This document shows, in pieces, positions 1 to 10,305 of a stretch of 64,000 nt of DNA; the first letter of the stretch is position 1; the number at the start of each line of letters is the position of its first letter. The position numbers and the translations under genes were made by a program. Source of the stretch: Mobula hypostoma (lineage: Eukaryota); contig NC_086107.1 of NCBI RefSeq assembly GCF_963921235.1, positions 107,944,001-108,008,000 of the forward strand, written 5' to 3'. The notes under the pieces were generated by a model that did not search any database, had not been told where the DNA came from, and saw nothing but the letters and a program-made list of their open reading frames with translations.

Positions 1-560
1 TCTTTCCAATGTTGAAACATCCAAGATATTTTCTGTTACATTGGTGGTGAGTATAGGCTTAAATTTCAAAGATGTAGCACAACTCCTCTTATTAAAAAGC
101 CTATGAGCTCTACTTTGGGTGTAAAATTGGTGACCAAGCCAAACCCTGGGCTCCTCACATTCGATGCATTTCCATTTAGCCTTCTTCCCTACAAATCTTG
201 GCGTTGTCAGTGACGAGCACGGTGAAAGATTTCACCAGGACATTGCGGTCATGGAGAAATGGTATCAGGGCAACTGGAGTCCATCAATGCTGGCTGATCA
301 TCGTTGGACACCTAAGAAACTAAGAACAAGTGGAAGTCATCAACAAAACATTTTTAGCTTAGTTGAACTGTTGCAAAGCGTCAGCACCATTGCACAATTA
401 GACGCATTATATTCAATAAAAGTTGATTTCTTGTTTCTCCAAATTCCTACACGATAAAATAGTCTGAAATTATATTTCTGTTTAACTTCAAGCGGTCTAT
501 CATAACTATAAAATATTCTGAGGAAGGAACATAAATTGGTTGTGTTATTGAGCCATTTTT
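1..560 (+). mobile_element. Internally deleted Chapaev3-like (CMC) DNA transposon remnant
   Basis: Reads DIFCYIGGEY, then after a frameshift AYELYFGCKIGDQAKPWAPHI (N-terminal motifs), joined at ~160 to MHFHLAFFPTNLGVVSDEHGERFHQDI...YQGNWSPSMLADH (C-terminal motif). Family assigned from recalled motifs; right end approximate. Confidence 0.65.
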
Positions 561-1411
561 GTGTTATACTTGAAGAGGTATGACACAGGGTAACAGACCT
601 TGTAGCTATTTTTTGACCAGCAGAGATATGGCGGGTCAATAGTCTCCTTCTGAATTCAACGTTTTTCTACGTCTCCAAGTGTGCCAGTCTGCCTTGTAAT
701 CAACAAGCAGGCAAAAGCACTGATGTTGTGACAGAAACAAGTCTAGGAACCAGAGTGGTAAGCACGGACCAGGGCCGGCATGCCACAGGAGGCCGACAAC
801 ACAAGCCATTAAAGATCAGGATGAGCCATCTCTCATGCAGTGCGTCACGGATGACCTGAAGTGAAACAAAATAAATGACGAGCTCATGCAACTTCGCCTG
901 CTTTCATCCTGCCTTCCTGATCTGCTGACAACAAAGGGCCCTTTCATTGTCCAATTCACTGTTAGCCCCTTGCCTCCAGGTCTTTCCATGCTCTTTAATT
1001 GGATATTCCCCAAAAAAGCCTCATGATCTCAGAATGACTCAATATCCGTGGAAATAAATTAGATTCTGAAAGGTCACATGATAACATTTTCCACGTTTCC
1101 ACTTCAAACATAACTGCTAATCCTATTTTTTCTCAAGTAACTTTTTTTTAAAAAAAACTTTTGTTGGTTAAATGATCACTGGATGCTTAAAATCCTAATC
1201 AAATTATGTGGCTATTTCCAGTCAATTGCTGGACTGCTGCAGTCACTTTATCAGGACCCACTCATCAGCAGCCATTCATTGTCCTGTGATAGCATGCTCC
1301 GTTGATCAGGAGTGAGAAAAGACAGCCAGAGGTAGCTGATGCCCCCTCAGTTGGGAAAGGTGGACTGTCTATGACTGAGCACCAGATTGTGAACTTCAGC
1401 TGAATATATTG

Positions 1412-2087
1412 TACCCCCAGTGGACACTTTATTGGGTGTGGTGTCAATCCTGTACACCTGCTCGTTAATGCAAATATCAAATCAGCCAATCATGTGGCAG
1501 CAACTCAATGCATAAAACATGCAGACATGGTGAAGAGGTTCAGTTGTTGTTCAGACCAAACATCAGAATGGGGAAGAGATGTGACCCTGACGGTGGAATG
1601 ATTGTTGGTGCCAGATGGGGTGGTTTGAGTATCGTAGAAACTGCTGATCTCCTGGAATTCTCATGCACAGCAATCTCTAGAGTTTACAGAGAGTGGTGTA
1701 AAAACCATTAAAATAATCTAGTGGACAACAGTTCTGTGGGGAAAAAGTGCCTTGTTAATGGGAGAGGTCAGAGGAGAATGGCCAGACTGGTTCAAGCTGA
1801 CAGGAAGGTGACAGTAACCCAGGTCAACAAATGTTGCAACAGTGGTGTGTAGAAGAGCATCTCTGAATGCACGGCACATCAAACCTTGATGTGGATGGGC
1901 TACAGCAACAGAAGACCACAACATACACTCAGTGGCCACTTTACTAGGCACCACTCACAAAATGCTGAAGGAACTCAACAGGCCAGGAAGCATCTATGGA
2001 AAAGAGTAAACAGTTAATGTTTCGGGCAGAGACCCTTCATCGGGATTAGCTAAAAAAAGGTACCTACCAAAGTGGCCACTGTGTGTA
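1412..2087 (+). mobile_element. Non-autonomous Tc1-like element (HTH remnant, three TIR copies)
   Basis: TIR-like tacccccagtggacactttatt at 1412, tacactcagtggccacttta at 1924, and reverse aaagtggccactgtgtgta ending 2087. ORF 1508-1711 encodes GMIVGARWGGLSIVETADLLEFS...ISRVYREW. Confidence 0.8.
1952..2050 (-). mobile_element. Penelope-like pLTR fragment with degenerate hammerhead, inserted in the Tc1 terminal hairpin
   Basis: caaaatgctgaaggaactcaacaggccagg...cagttaatgtttcgggcagagacccttcatcggg matches the pLTR terminus at 6430-6535. Confidence 0.7.
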
Positions 2088-2164
2088 TGTCTGTTGCTGT
2101 GGAGGAGAGCAACTGTTGATGGTGAAAACAAGACAGGGAACCTTCCTGATCTATGTGGTCTAGT

Positions 2165-2410
2165 CATCTGCCTGTAAGGAGTTTTTACATTCTCCCTGTG
2201 GCCGCCTGGGTTTCCTTCGAGTGCTCCTATTTCATTCCACATTCCAAAGACATATGGAGTGGAGTTAGTGAGTTGTGGGCATGCTATGTTGGTGCTGGTA
2301 GTGTGGCAACACTTGCGCTGCACCATCCTCGCTGATTTGATTAGACGCAACGCAAGCAAAGCATTTCACTGCATGTTTCGATATACGTGTGAGAAATAAA
2401 GCCAATCTTT
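2165..2410 (+). mobile_element. HE1/V-SINE-like SINE fragment
   Basis: ctgtaaggagtttttacattctccctgtggccgcctgggtttcc...ccacattccaaaga, the central domain shared with many copies in the window. Confidence 0.65.
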
Positions 2411-2519
2411 ATTTTTTTCCTTATCAAAGAATATATCCAGCAAGTACTGACCAGTCATGCTCTATCCACATAGACTACGGGGAATCTGTATTACTGAGTC
2501 TCTCATCTCAATCCCTTTA

Positions 2520-3800
2520 TAACATAGAACATAGAACAGTACAGCACAACGAAAGGACCTTCGGCCAACAATGTTGTGTCGAACCAGCTAGAAATAACCA
2601 AACACTAATCCCTCTTACCGACACAACGTCCATATGCCTCCATCTTCCTCACATCCACGTGCCTATCCAACTGTCTCTTAAAAGCCTCCAATGTACGAGG
2701 GGTGATTGATAAGTTCGTGGCCTAAGGTAGAAGGAGTCAGTTTTAGAAAACCTAGCACATTTATTTTTCAACATAGTTCCCTCCTGCATTTACACACATA
2801 GTCCAGCGGTCGTGGAGCATGGAGATCTTGGACCTCCAGAAAGTGTCCACAGCAGGGGTGATTGATAAGTTCGTGGCCTAAGGTAGAAGGAGATCAGTTA
2901 CTAACTTCAAACTTTCCGCATAATCGCTCAAAGAGTTGAACTGCAAGTGCATGTAACGAGAGCTGTATAACTCATCTCCTTCTAACCTAGGCCACAAACT
3001 TATCAATCACCCCTGCTGTGGACACTTTCTGGAGGTCCAAGATCCGTATGCTCCACGACCGCTGGACTAAGTGTGTAAATGTAGGAGGGGACTATGACGA
3101 AAAATAAATGTGCTAGGTTTTCTAAAATTGACTCCTTCTACCTTAAGCCACGAACTTATCAATTGCCCCTCATATTTACCTCTACCACCATACCAGGCAG
3201 TGCATTCCAGGCATCCATCACTCTGAGTAAAAATCTTACCCCTCACATCCCCTTTGAACCTACCCCCTCTCACCTTTAATGCCTGCCGTCTGATATTAGA
3301 CACTTCATCCTGGGAAATAGATACACTTTGTCCACTCTGTCTATGCCTCTCATAATCTTATAAAGCTCTATCAGAATCAGAATCAGGTTTATTATCACTG
3401 GTATGTGATGTGAAATTTGTTAACTTATTATTATTATTATTATAACTATATTAGATCTCCCCTCAGTCTCTGCCGCTCCTGAGAAAACAACCCAACTTTG
3501 TCCAGCCCCTCATGATAACACATGCCTTCTAAACCAGGCAGCATCCTGGTAAACCTTGTATGCACCCTCTCCAAAGCCTCAACATCCTTCCTATAGTGGG
3601 ATGATCAGAACTCCTGATGTGACCCAACTAGAGTTTTATAAAGTTGCAACATTACCTGTTGCCCTTTGAACTCAGTGACTCAGTTAATAAAAGCAAACTT
3701 TCCAAAAGTCTTCTTAACCACTTCTTAACCCTCATCGACCTGTGCAGCCACCTTAAAGGAGCTTTGAACGAGGATCCCAAGATCCCTCTGCTCAGCATCT
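2520..3800 (-). mobile_element. CR1-like LINE 3' remnant (interrupted)
   Basis: Minus strand gives LKVRGGRFKGDVRGKIFTQ; aacatagaacatagaac tail at 2521; split by the MITE at 2696-3172. Confidence 0.75.
2696..3172. mobile_element. Mariner-like palindromic MITE with TA TSD
   Basis: TA at 2694-2695 and 3173-3174; terminus cgaggggtgattgataagttcgtggcctaaggtagaagga with its reverse complement at the right end; internal TIR copies at ~2854 and ~2976-3014. Confidence 0.85.
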
Positions 3801-3892
3801 CCTACCCCGGCCAAACTTCTCGCCATACTCTGCCTGGTTGTCACTTTCTGGCTGTCTTTCACCCTGGTGAAAGCTCCTCAAAATGCCTTCAT

Positions 3893-4320
3893 AAAAGTTC
3901 AAAGTAAAATTTATTATCAGAGTACATACATGTCACCACATACAACCCTGAGATTCTTTTATTTAGAAAATCTAGAGAACAGCAATTGTAAACAGGATCA
4001 ATGAAGAACAAAACTGTGCAAATGCAAACATAAATAAATAGCAATAAATCACAAGATAAAGAGTCCTTACAATGAAACCATTGGTTGTGGGGACACCAGA
4101 AGTAGAATGAATGTAGTTATCCGCTTTTGTTCAAGAGCCTGATGGTTGAAGGGTAGTAGCTGTTACTGAACCTGGTGGTGGGAGTCCTGAGGTACTTGTA
4201 GCTTCTACCTGATGCAGCAGTGAGAAAAGAGCATGGCCTGGGTGGTGAAGATGTTTGATGGTGGATGCTGCTTTTCTACGGCAGCGTTTCATGTAGATGT
4301 GCTCAATGGTTGGGAGGGGA
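3893..4320 (-). mobile_element. Rex1/Babar-like LINE 3' fragment
   Basis: ORF 4131-4403(-): LPTIEHIYMKRCRRKAASTIK..HHPGHALFSLL; 3' UTR shared with 8170-8612. Confidence 0.75.
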
Positions 4321-4959
4321 ATATGCTTTGCAAATGCAAGTTGTTGTTGTTGCACTAATCCAAGAACATGGCCTTGAAAAAAAAAATCAGCTGACTGGGT
4401 CAAAGGTTGAATGAGTGGAATTGTAGCTGCATAATATGCTAATTATCCCACAATATGAATAATTCATGGTCATTATGGAAGGATTTTTTCAATAGAGTAT
4501 TGTAAAATATGCTAATTGGGCAGTCAATGTACATTTGGCATTAAGTTGGGTTCTGTGTTATCACTGGTGCAAGCAAGAGATTAATTCCAATCATTGTCCT
4601 GGAAGATTGGCTGAAAAAGGGTCCTTAATAAATATCTGTTTAAGAAAGAATAGTTCTATTGATTTTTGAACTTTTCACATTCAGCCTCCAAATCTGATTT
4701 GTTAAAACCAACAACAAACATCCCCAATGATATTCCTTAGACCACAAACCTTCGCACTGGATACCAAACACTCTGATATATCATGAACTCAATGTGCTGG
4801 GAGGTGGCTTCCGTCCATCTCCTCGTCCCTTGCAGTATCAAAGCACCAATTTCTCCTGGGCACCAGACACAGGTGAAAGGGGTGCGGATGGGGCCAATGC
4901 CGGTGCCCCCAGCTCTAAGCCAGAGACTTTCTGCTTATCTGATACTCTGTGCCTGTGAT

Positions 4960-5620
4960 ACTGTGATATTGCGTCTCTCCTCTAAGTCGGTGAGACCCAG
5001 TGTAGATTGGACGGACCACTTCATTGAGTACTGTTGTACTGTCCGCCACAACGGGTGGCCGTCTTTCTTCCACTTCCTGTGACTATTCTGAAATGTTAGT
5101 CCATGGCTTTGTCTATTGCCATGATACGGGCACTTTTAAGTTTTAGGTATTTAGAGATAGAGAACAGTATAAGGCCCTTCTGGCCCAATGAGGCTGCCAT
5201 GCCCAATGACACCCATGAGACCAATGAATCTTCTAACTTGTCTGCCATTGGAATGTGGGAGGAAACTGGATCACCCAGAGGAAATCCATGTGGCCACAGG
5301 GAGAACAAACTCTTTACAGACAGTGGTGGGAATTGAACCAATGTTATTGGCACTGTCATCGTGATATGCTAACCACTACACATGCCGCTCATAGCTTGGA
5401 GGAGCAACATCTCATATTCCGCCTGGGCGGCCTCCAACCTGATGGCATGAACATTGATTTCTCTAGCTTTTCCTCCCCTTCCCTTCTCTCTTTTTCAACT
5501 CACCATTCTGGCTCCCCTCTTACTCCTTTCTTTCTCCTCACCTCCCTCTGCTTCTTCTCCTCCTTCCTGTTCTCCCACCGTCCTCTCCTATCAGATCCCC
5601 TTTTCCTCAGCCCCTTATCT
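4960..5620 (+). mobile_element. Degraded Penelope-like GIY-YIG fragment interrupted by a minus-strand V-SINE (~5145-5390)
   Basis: LEEQHLIFRLGGLQPDGMNIDFS at ~5396-5465; gtcggtgagacccagtgtagattg upstream; pyrimidine-rich pLTR downstream. Confidence 0.7.
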
Positions 5621-5796
5621 ATCAGTTAGGAATTGGTCTGTCTGGAGCTCATCAGGCCCACCAAGGGCAAGTAATGAGAATGGATTCTCTTCTCAGAATT
5701 ATATTTTGTGTCCCAGATGTGTGGTTTCACCAACCCCATAGTGTCATGGTTATTGCTCTTAATATGTGCTCTTTTTTTTACTTTCAGGGTTTTTTT

Positions 5797-6420
5797 TAGA
5801 TTATGAAGACATGCAGTCCTCTTTTATTGTCATTTAGTAATGCATGCATTAAGAAATGATACAATATTTCCTCCGGTGTGATATCACAAAACACAGGACA
5901 GACCAAGACTGAAAAAACTGACAAAACCACATAATTATAACATATAGTTACAACAGTGCAACAATACCATAACTCGATGAAGAAGTCCATGAGCACAGTA
6001 AAAGTTCAAAGTCTCTCAAATGTCTCACATCTCATGCAGACGGGAGAAGGAAGAAAAACTCTCCCTGCCATGCCCGACCACAGTCCGTCTCTGAGTCATC
6101 CGAAAACTTCGAGCCTCCGAATCAGCTCACCGACACCGAGTACTGAGTGCCATCTCTGTCCGTATGATTCGACCTCAATCTCGGTCGCCAACAGCAAGCA
6201 AAGCAGGGGATTTTGAGACCTACCCTCCGGAAGATTCCCGACTACACAATAACGACAGCAGCGAACGAGCGTTTCAGAAATTTCTCCAGATGTTCCTCTG
6301 TGCTCTCACGTCCATTCTCCATCAAATCAGAATTGTCCACGGCCCCTATTTAACGGATACGATATCATTTTTCACTGGAGGGCTGCGCACGCGTGGCGCG
6401 CTGCTCTCTCTCCTCCCGCC
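5797..6420 (-). mobile_element. Non-coding retroelement, family A, (AATCT)n tail
   Basis: Collinear with 29096-29730 and reverse-complementary to 19066-19593 and 57718-58396. Confidence 0.75.
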
Positions 6421-6498
6421 AAAATAAATTTCAAGCAACACACATCAAAGTTGCTGGTGAACAGCAGCAGGCCAGGCAGCATCTCTAGGAAGAGGTAC

Positions 6499-6535
6499 AG
6501 TCGACGTTTCAGGCTGAGACCCTTCGTCAGGTCTA
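6499..6535 (-). ncRNA. Minimal type-I hammerhead ribozyme motif (stem I mismatch)
   Basis: Minus strand agac-CTGACGA-agggtctcagcct-GAAA-C-GTC-gact. Confidence 0.65.
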
Positions 6536-7661
6536 ACTGAAGGAAGAGTTAGTAAGAGATTTGAAAGTGGGAAGGGGAGGGGGAGATCCAAAATGACAGG
6601 AGAAGACAGGAGGGGGAGGGATGGAGCCAAGAGCTGGACAGGTGATTGGCAAAGGGGATATGAGAGGATCATGGGACAGGAGGTCCGGGGAGAAAGACAA
6701 GGGGGGGGGAACCAGAGGATGGGCAAGGGGGAAAACCAGAGGGACAGAGGGAGAAAAAGGAGAGTGAGAGAAAGAATGTGTGTATAAAAATAAATAACGG
6801 ATGGGGTATGAGGGGGAGGTGGGACATTACCGGAAGTTAGAGAAGACAATGTTCATGCCATCAGGTTGGAGGCTACCCAGGCTGAATATAAGGTGTTGTT
6901 CCTCCAACCTGAGTGTGGCTTCATCTTTACAGTAGAGGAGGCCGTGGATAGACATGTCAGAATGGGAATGGGATGTGGAATTAAAATGTGTGGCCACCGG
7001 GAGATCCTGCTTTCTCTGGCGGTCAGAGCGTAGGTGTTCAGCAAAGCGGTCTCCCAGTCTGCGTCGGGTCTCGCCAATATATTGCGTCCGGTTCTCCCGA
7101 CGTGGCCTTTTATATATTGGCGAAACCCGACGCAGACTGGGAGACCGCTTTGCTGAACACCTACGCTCTGCCCGCCAGAGAAAGCAGGATCTCCCGGTGG
7201 CCACACATTTTAATTCCACATCCCATTACCATTCTGACATGTTTATCCACGGCCTCCTCTACTGTAAAGATGAAGCCACACTCAGGTTGGAGGAACAACA
7301 CCTTATATTCAGCCTGGGTAGCCTCCAACCTGATGGCATGAACATTGACTTCTCTAACTTCTGCTAATGCCCCACCTCCCCCTCGTACCCCATCCATTAT
7401 TTATGTTTATACACATATTCTTTCTCTCATTCTCCTTTTTCTCCCTCTGTCCCTCTGACTATACCCCTTGCCCATCCTCTGGGTTCCCCCCACCTTTGTC
7501 TTTCTCCCCGGACCTCCTGTCCCATGATCCTCTCATATCCCCTTTGCCAATCACCTGTCCAGCTCTTGGCTCCATCCCTCCCCCTCCTGTCTTCTCCTAT
7601 CATTTTGGATCTCCCCCTCCCCCTCCCACTTTCAAATCTCTTACTCACTTTTCCTTCAGTT

Positions 7662-7697
7662 AGTCCTGACGAAGGGTCTCGGCCTGAAACGTCGACT
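7662..7697 (+). ncRNA. Minimal type-I hammerhead ribozyme motif, intact core
   Basis: agtc-CTGACGA(7666-7672)-agggtctcggcct-GAAA(7686-7689)-C-GTC-gact; stem I agtc/gact; palindromic ACGT as loopless stem III; predicted cleavage after C7693. Confidence 0.8.
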
Positions 7698-7944
7698 GCA
7701 CCTCTTCCTAGAGATGCTGCCTGGCCTGTTGCGTTCACCAGCAACTTTGATGTGTGTTGCTTGAAATCAAATGTTCTACTTCAAATCAGATGACAGAAAA
7801 GATAGGAGGGTGTTAGTAAGTAGTAGAATCTGTGGGGGGGGCGGTTGATTAGAATGTAGAGAAAATAAAAAACTGGGATAAACGCAGGATTAGATTAGTA
7901 GAATCGTAGATGTAGACATGGTAGCCTATTTCCATAATCTATCA

Positions 7945-8168
7945 TAAACAAGAGATTCTGCAGGTGCTGGAAATCCAGAGTAACATACATACAAAATACT
8001 GGAGGAATTCAGCAGGGCAGGCAGCATCTCTGGAGAGGAATAAACATTCGATGTTTCTGGATGAAACCTTTCATCAGGACTCAGCCCGAAACATTGACTG
8101 TTCATTTCTCTCCATAGATGCTGCCTGCCCTGCTGAGTTCCTCCAGCATTTTGTATGTTTTGCTCTAT
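7945..8168. mobile_element. Short fold-back Penelope pLTR derivative
   Basis: caaaatactggaggaattcagcagggcaggcagcatctctggagag pairs with ctctccatagatgctgcctgccctgctgagttcctccagcattttg; centre holds head-to-head hammerhead remnants. Confidence 0.75.
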
Positions 8169-8169
8169 A

Positions 8170-8612
8170 ATGAAACGCCGTGGTAGGAAAGCAGCATCCA
8201 TCATCAGGGATCCCTACCACCCAGGTCGTGCTCTCTCCTTGCTGCTGCCGTCAGGTAGAAGGTAAAAGAGCCTCAGGACTCGCACCATCAGGTTCAAGAG
8301 CACTTACTACCCCTCAACCATCAGGCTTTTGAATAGAAAGGGATAACTACACTCACATTGAGATGTTCCCACAACGAATGATCTCACTTTAAGGACTCTT
8401 TATCTTATTATCTCATGTTCTCATTATTTATTGCTATTTATTTATATTTAAATTTGCACAGTTTGTTGTCTTCTGCACTCTGGTTGGTCTTTCATTGATC
8501 CTGTTATAGTTACTATTCTATAGATTTGCTGACTCTGCCCGCAGGGAAATGAATCTCAGGGTTGTATATGGTGACATATAGGTACTTTGATAATAAAATT
8601 TACTTTGAACTT
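8170..8612 (+). mobile_element. Rex1/Babar-like LINE 3' fragment
   Basis: RKAASIIRDPYHPGRALSLLLPSGRR..SLRTRTIRFK; 3' end aataaaatttactttgaacttt. Confidence 0.75.
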
Positions 8613-8714
8613 TAATGTATCTCTCTATGACTCAGTGTGACATTGCTTGTGCTTCAGATTTCGATGAGGGAAAAAACAAAAGCTCAAAAAAATTTTCATT
8701 AAGTTTAGAGAGGA

Positions 8715-9066
8715 GACTTTTTCAAGGTGTACACGATAAGAAGCATAGATCGAGTGGACAGTTGGAGACGTTTTCCCAGGGCAGAAATGGCTAATACAAG
8801 GGGGCACAACTTTAAGGCGTTGGGAGGAAATTATGGGGGCTTGTAAGGTGCAATTTTCTTACACTGTGAACAGTGTTGTGCTTGGAATGGTGGCAGAGGA
8901 GGATACATTAGGGAAATCTGAGAGACTTTTAGACAGGAACATTGATTTAAGAAAAATGGAGGGTTATGTGGCAGGCATGGGTAAGATTGATCTTGGAGCA
9001 GTTTAAAGGGTTGGCACAAGATAGTGGGCTGAAGAGCTCGTACTCCTGTACTGTTCTATGTTCTGT
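8715..9066 (+). mobile_element. CR1-like LINE 3' fragment
   Basis: FPRAEMANTRGHNFK motif; ttctatgttctgtg tail. Confidence 0.7.
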
Positions 9067-9689
9067 GTAAAATGTTATCAGAGAAATGGGACTTTCAGCC
9101 CAATCGGCCAATGGAGCTAGATCTTTGCTACCACCTTACTTTGTCTCCTTTTCCACATTTCTGCAGTGGATGCTCTGACTGTGCCAGTCAGGCCCTTGAA
9201 CCAGGCTGGGGAGAGCCATCTCTTCCGGCCTGGAAATCACTAGTAGCAGAGAAACAAGGACGCATCTGTTAAGGCTTCAACAATCGCCTCCCTGATGAAC
9301 GGCCAAACAAATCAGGTCTGAGTTGTGGAGGGCATGCAGCTGTGTACTCCCGTGATAAAACGCTGCCTTAGGGTCTCAGCTGCACTCTCCCGGAGGGTCC
9401 CTCGAACAAAAGACCTGCAATCTCCAAGAAGCCATATTGGGTCATCCATCCAGCACACCACAGTGTATGGAGTGTAGAATCATACACAGATTAGGAGGCC
9501 ATTTGGCCCATCATGTTTATGCCATTCTTTGGTAAGAATGACCAGTTAATTTCCATAACATCTATGGAAAAGAGTACGTTATGGGCCGAGTCCTGATATT
9601 GTCTCGGCCTGAAACATCCACTATACTCTTTTCCATAGACGTTGCCCGGCCTGCTGAGTTCCTCCAGCATTTTGTGTGTGCTGCCTGAT

Positions 9690-9985
9690 TTATTATCCAT
9701 CTCTAACGCATTCTCCTGCCTTCTCTTTGATGCCCTTAGAACCTAGTGACCTCCACTTTAAATATTCCCAATGACTTATACCCCACAACCATCTGCAGAA
9801 ATGAATTCCACAGATTCATCATCCTCTGGCGAAAGAAATTCCTTCTCCTCTCTGTGTTAAAGGGAGGTCCTTCTATTCCGAGGCTGTGTCTTCTGGTCCT
9901 AAACTCTCCCACTATAGGAAACATCCTCTCCAAGTCCACTGTATCTAGGTCTTTCAATATCAATAGGTTTCAATGAGATCCCAGT
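9690..9985 (-). mobile_element. CR1-like LINE fragment (preceded by a degenerate pLTR/hammerhead at ~9560-9685)
   Basis: ORF 9736-9963(-): LERMFPIVGEFRTRRHSL...RRNFFRQRMMNLWNS. Confidence 0.75.
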
Positions 9986-10034
9986 TGTGTATTTAAAATT
10001 TCAATAATATATGAGTAATCTGGTGTGTGTGAAA

Positions 10035-10305
10035 AAGAATATAGTCGACGTTTTGGACTGAAACCCTTCAGTAGGACTGGAGAAAAAAAAGATTAGGAGT
10101 AGATTTAAAAGGTGAGGGGAGGGGAGGGAGAACCACAAGGTGATAGATGAAACCAGGAGGGGGAGGGGTGAAAGGCCCTACTGAAGGGTCTCGGCCCGAT
10201 ACGTTGACTGTTTACTCTTTTCCATAGGTGCTGCCTGGCCTGCTGAGTTCCTCCAGCATTTTGTGTGTGTTGCTTGGACAGCATCCGCAGATTTTCTCTT
10301 GTTCA
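10035..10305. mobile_element. Short inverted Penelope pLTR pair with two degenerate hammerheads
   Basis: Minus motif agtcgacgttttggactgaaacccttcagtaggact (~10043-10078) and plus motif cctactgaagggtctcggcccgatacgttgactg (~10177-10210); both carry the same variant core CTACTGA. Confidence 0.7.

Larger units (their letters stand above)
6428..7767. mobile_element. Penelope-like element, 5'-truncated with inverted pLTR (1.34-kb palindrome)
   Basis: Arms 6428-7081 and 7113-7767 are reverse complements; both encode YIGETRRRLGDRFAEHLRS...LEEQHLIFSLGSLQPDGMN (GIY-YIG endonuclease C-terminal part). Confidence 0.9.

Noticed and set aside
680..757. Possible 78-nt plus-strand exon (CASLPCNQQAGKSTDVVTETSLGTRV) ending at GTG|GTAAGC
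   Set aside because: Weak AAG acceptor and unrecognised peptide; such matches are expected by chance in 64 kb.
6827..7367. Overlapping mirror-image ORFs as a bidirectional gene
   Set aside because: They result from the inverted repeat; half of each ORF is antisense GIY-YIG sequence.
9167..9320. Plus-strand exon after the strong acceptor-like ccttttccacatttctgcag
   Set aside because: All three frames hit stops before a plausible donor.
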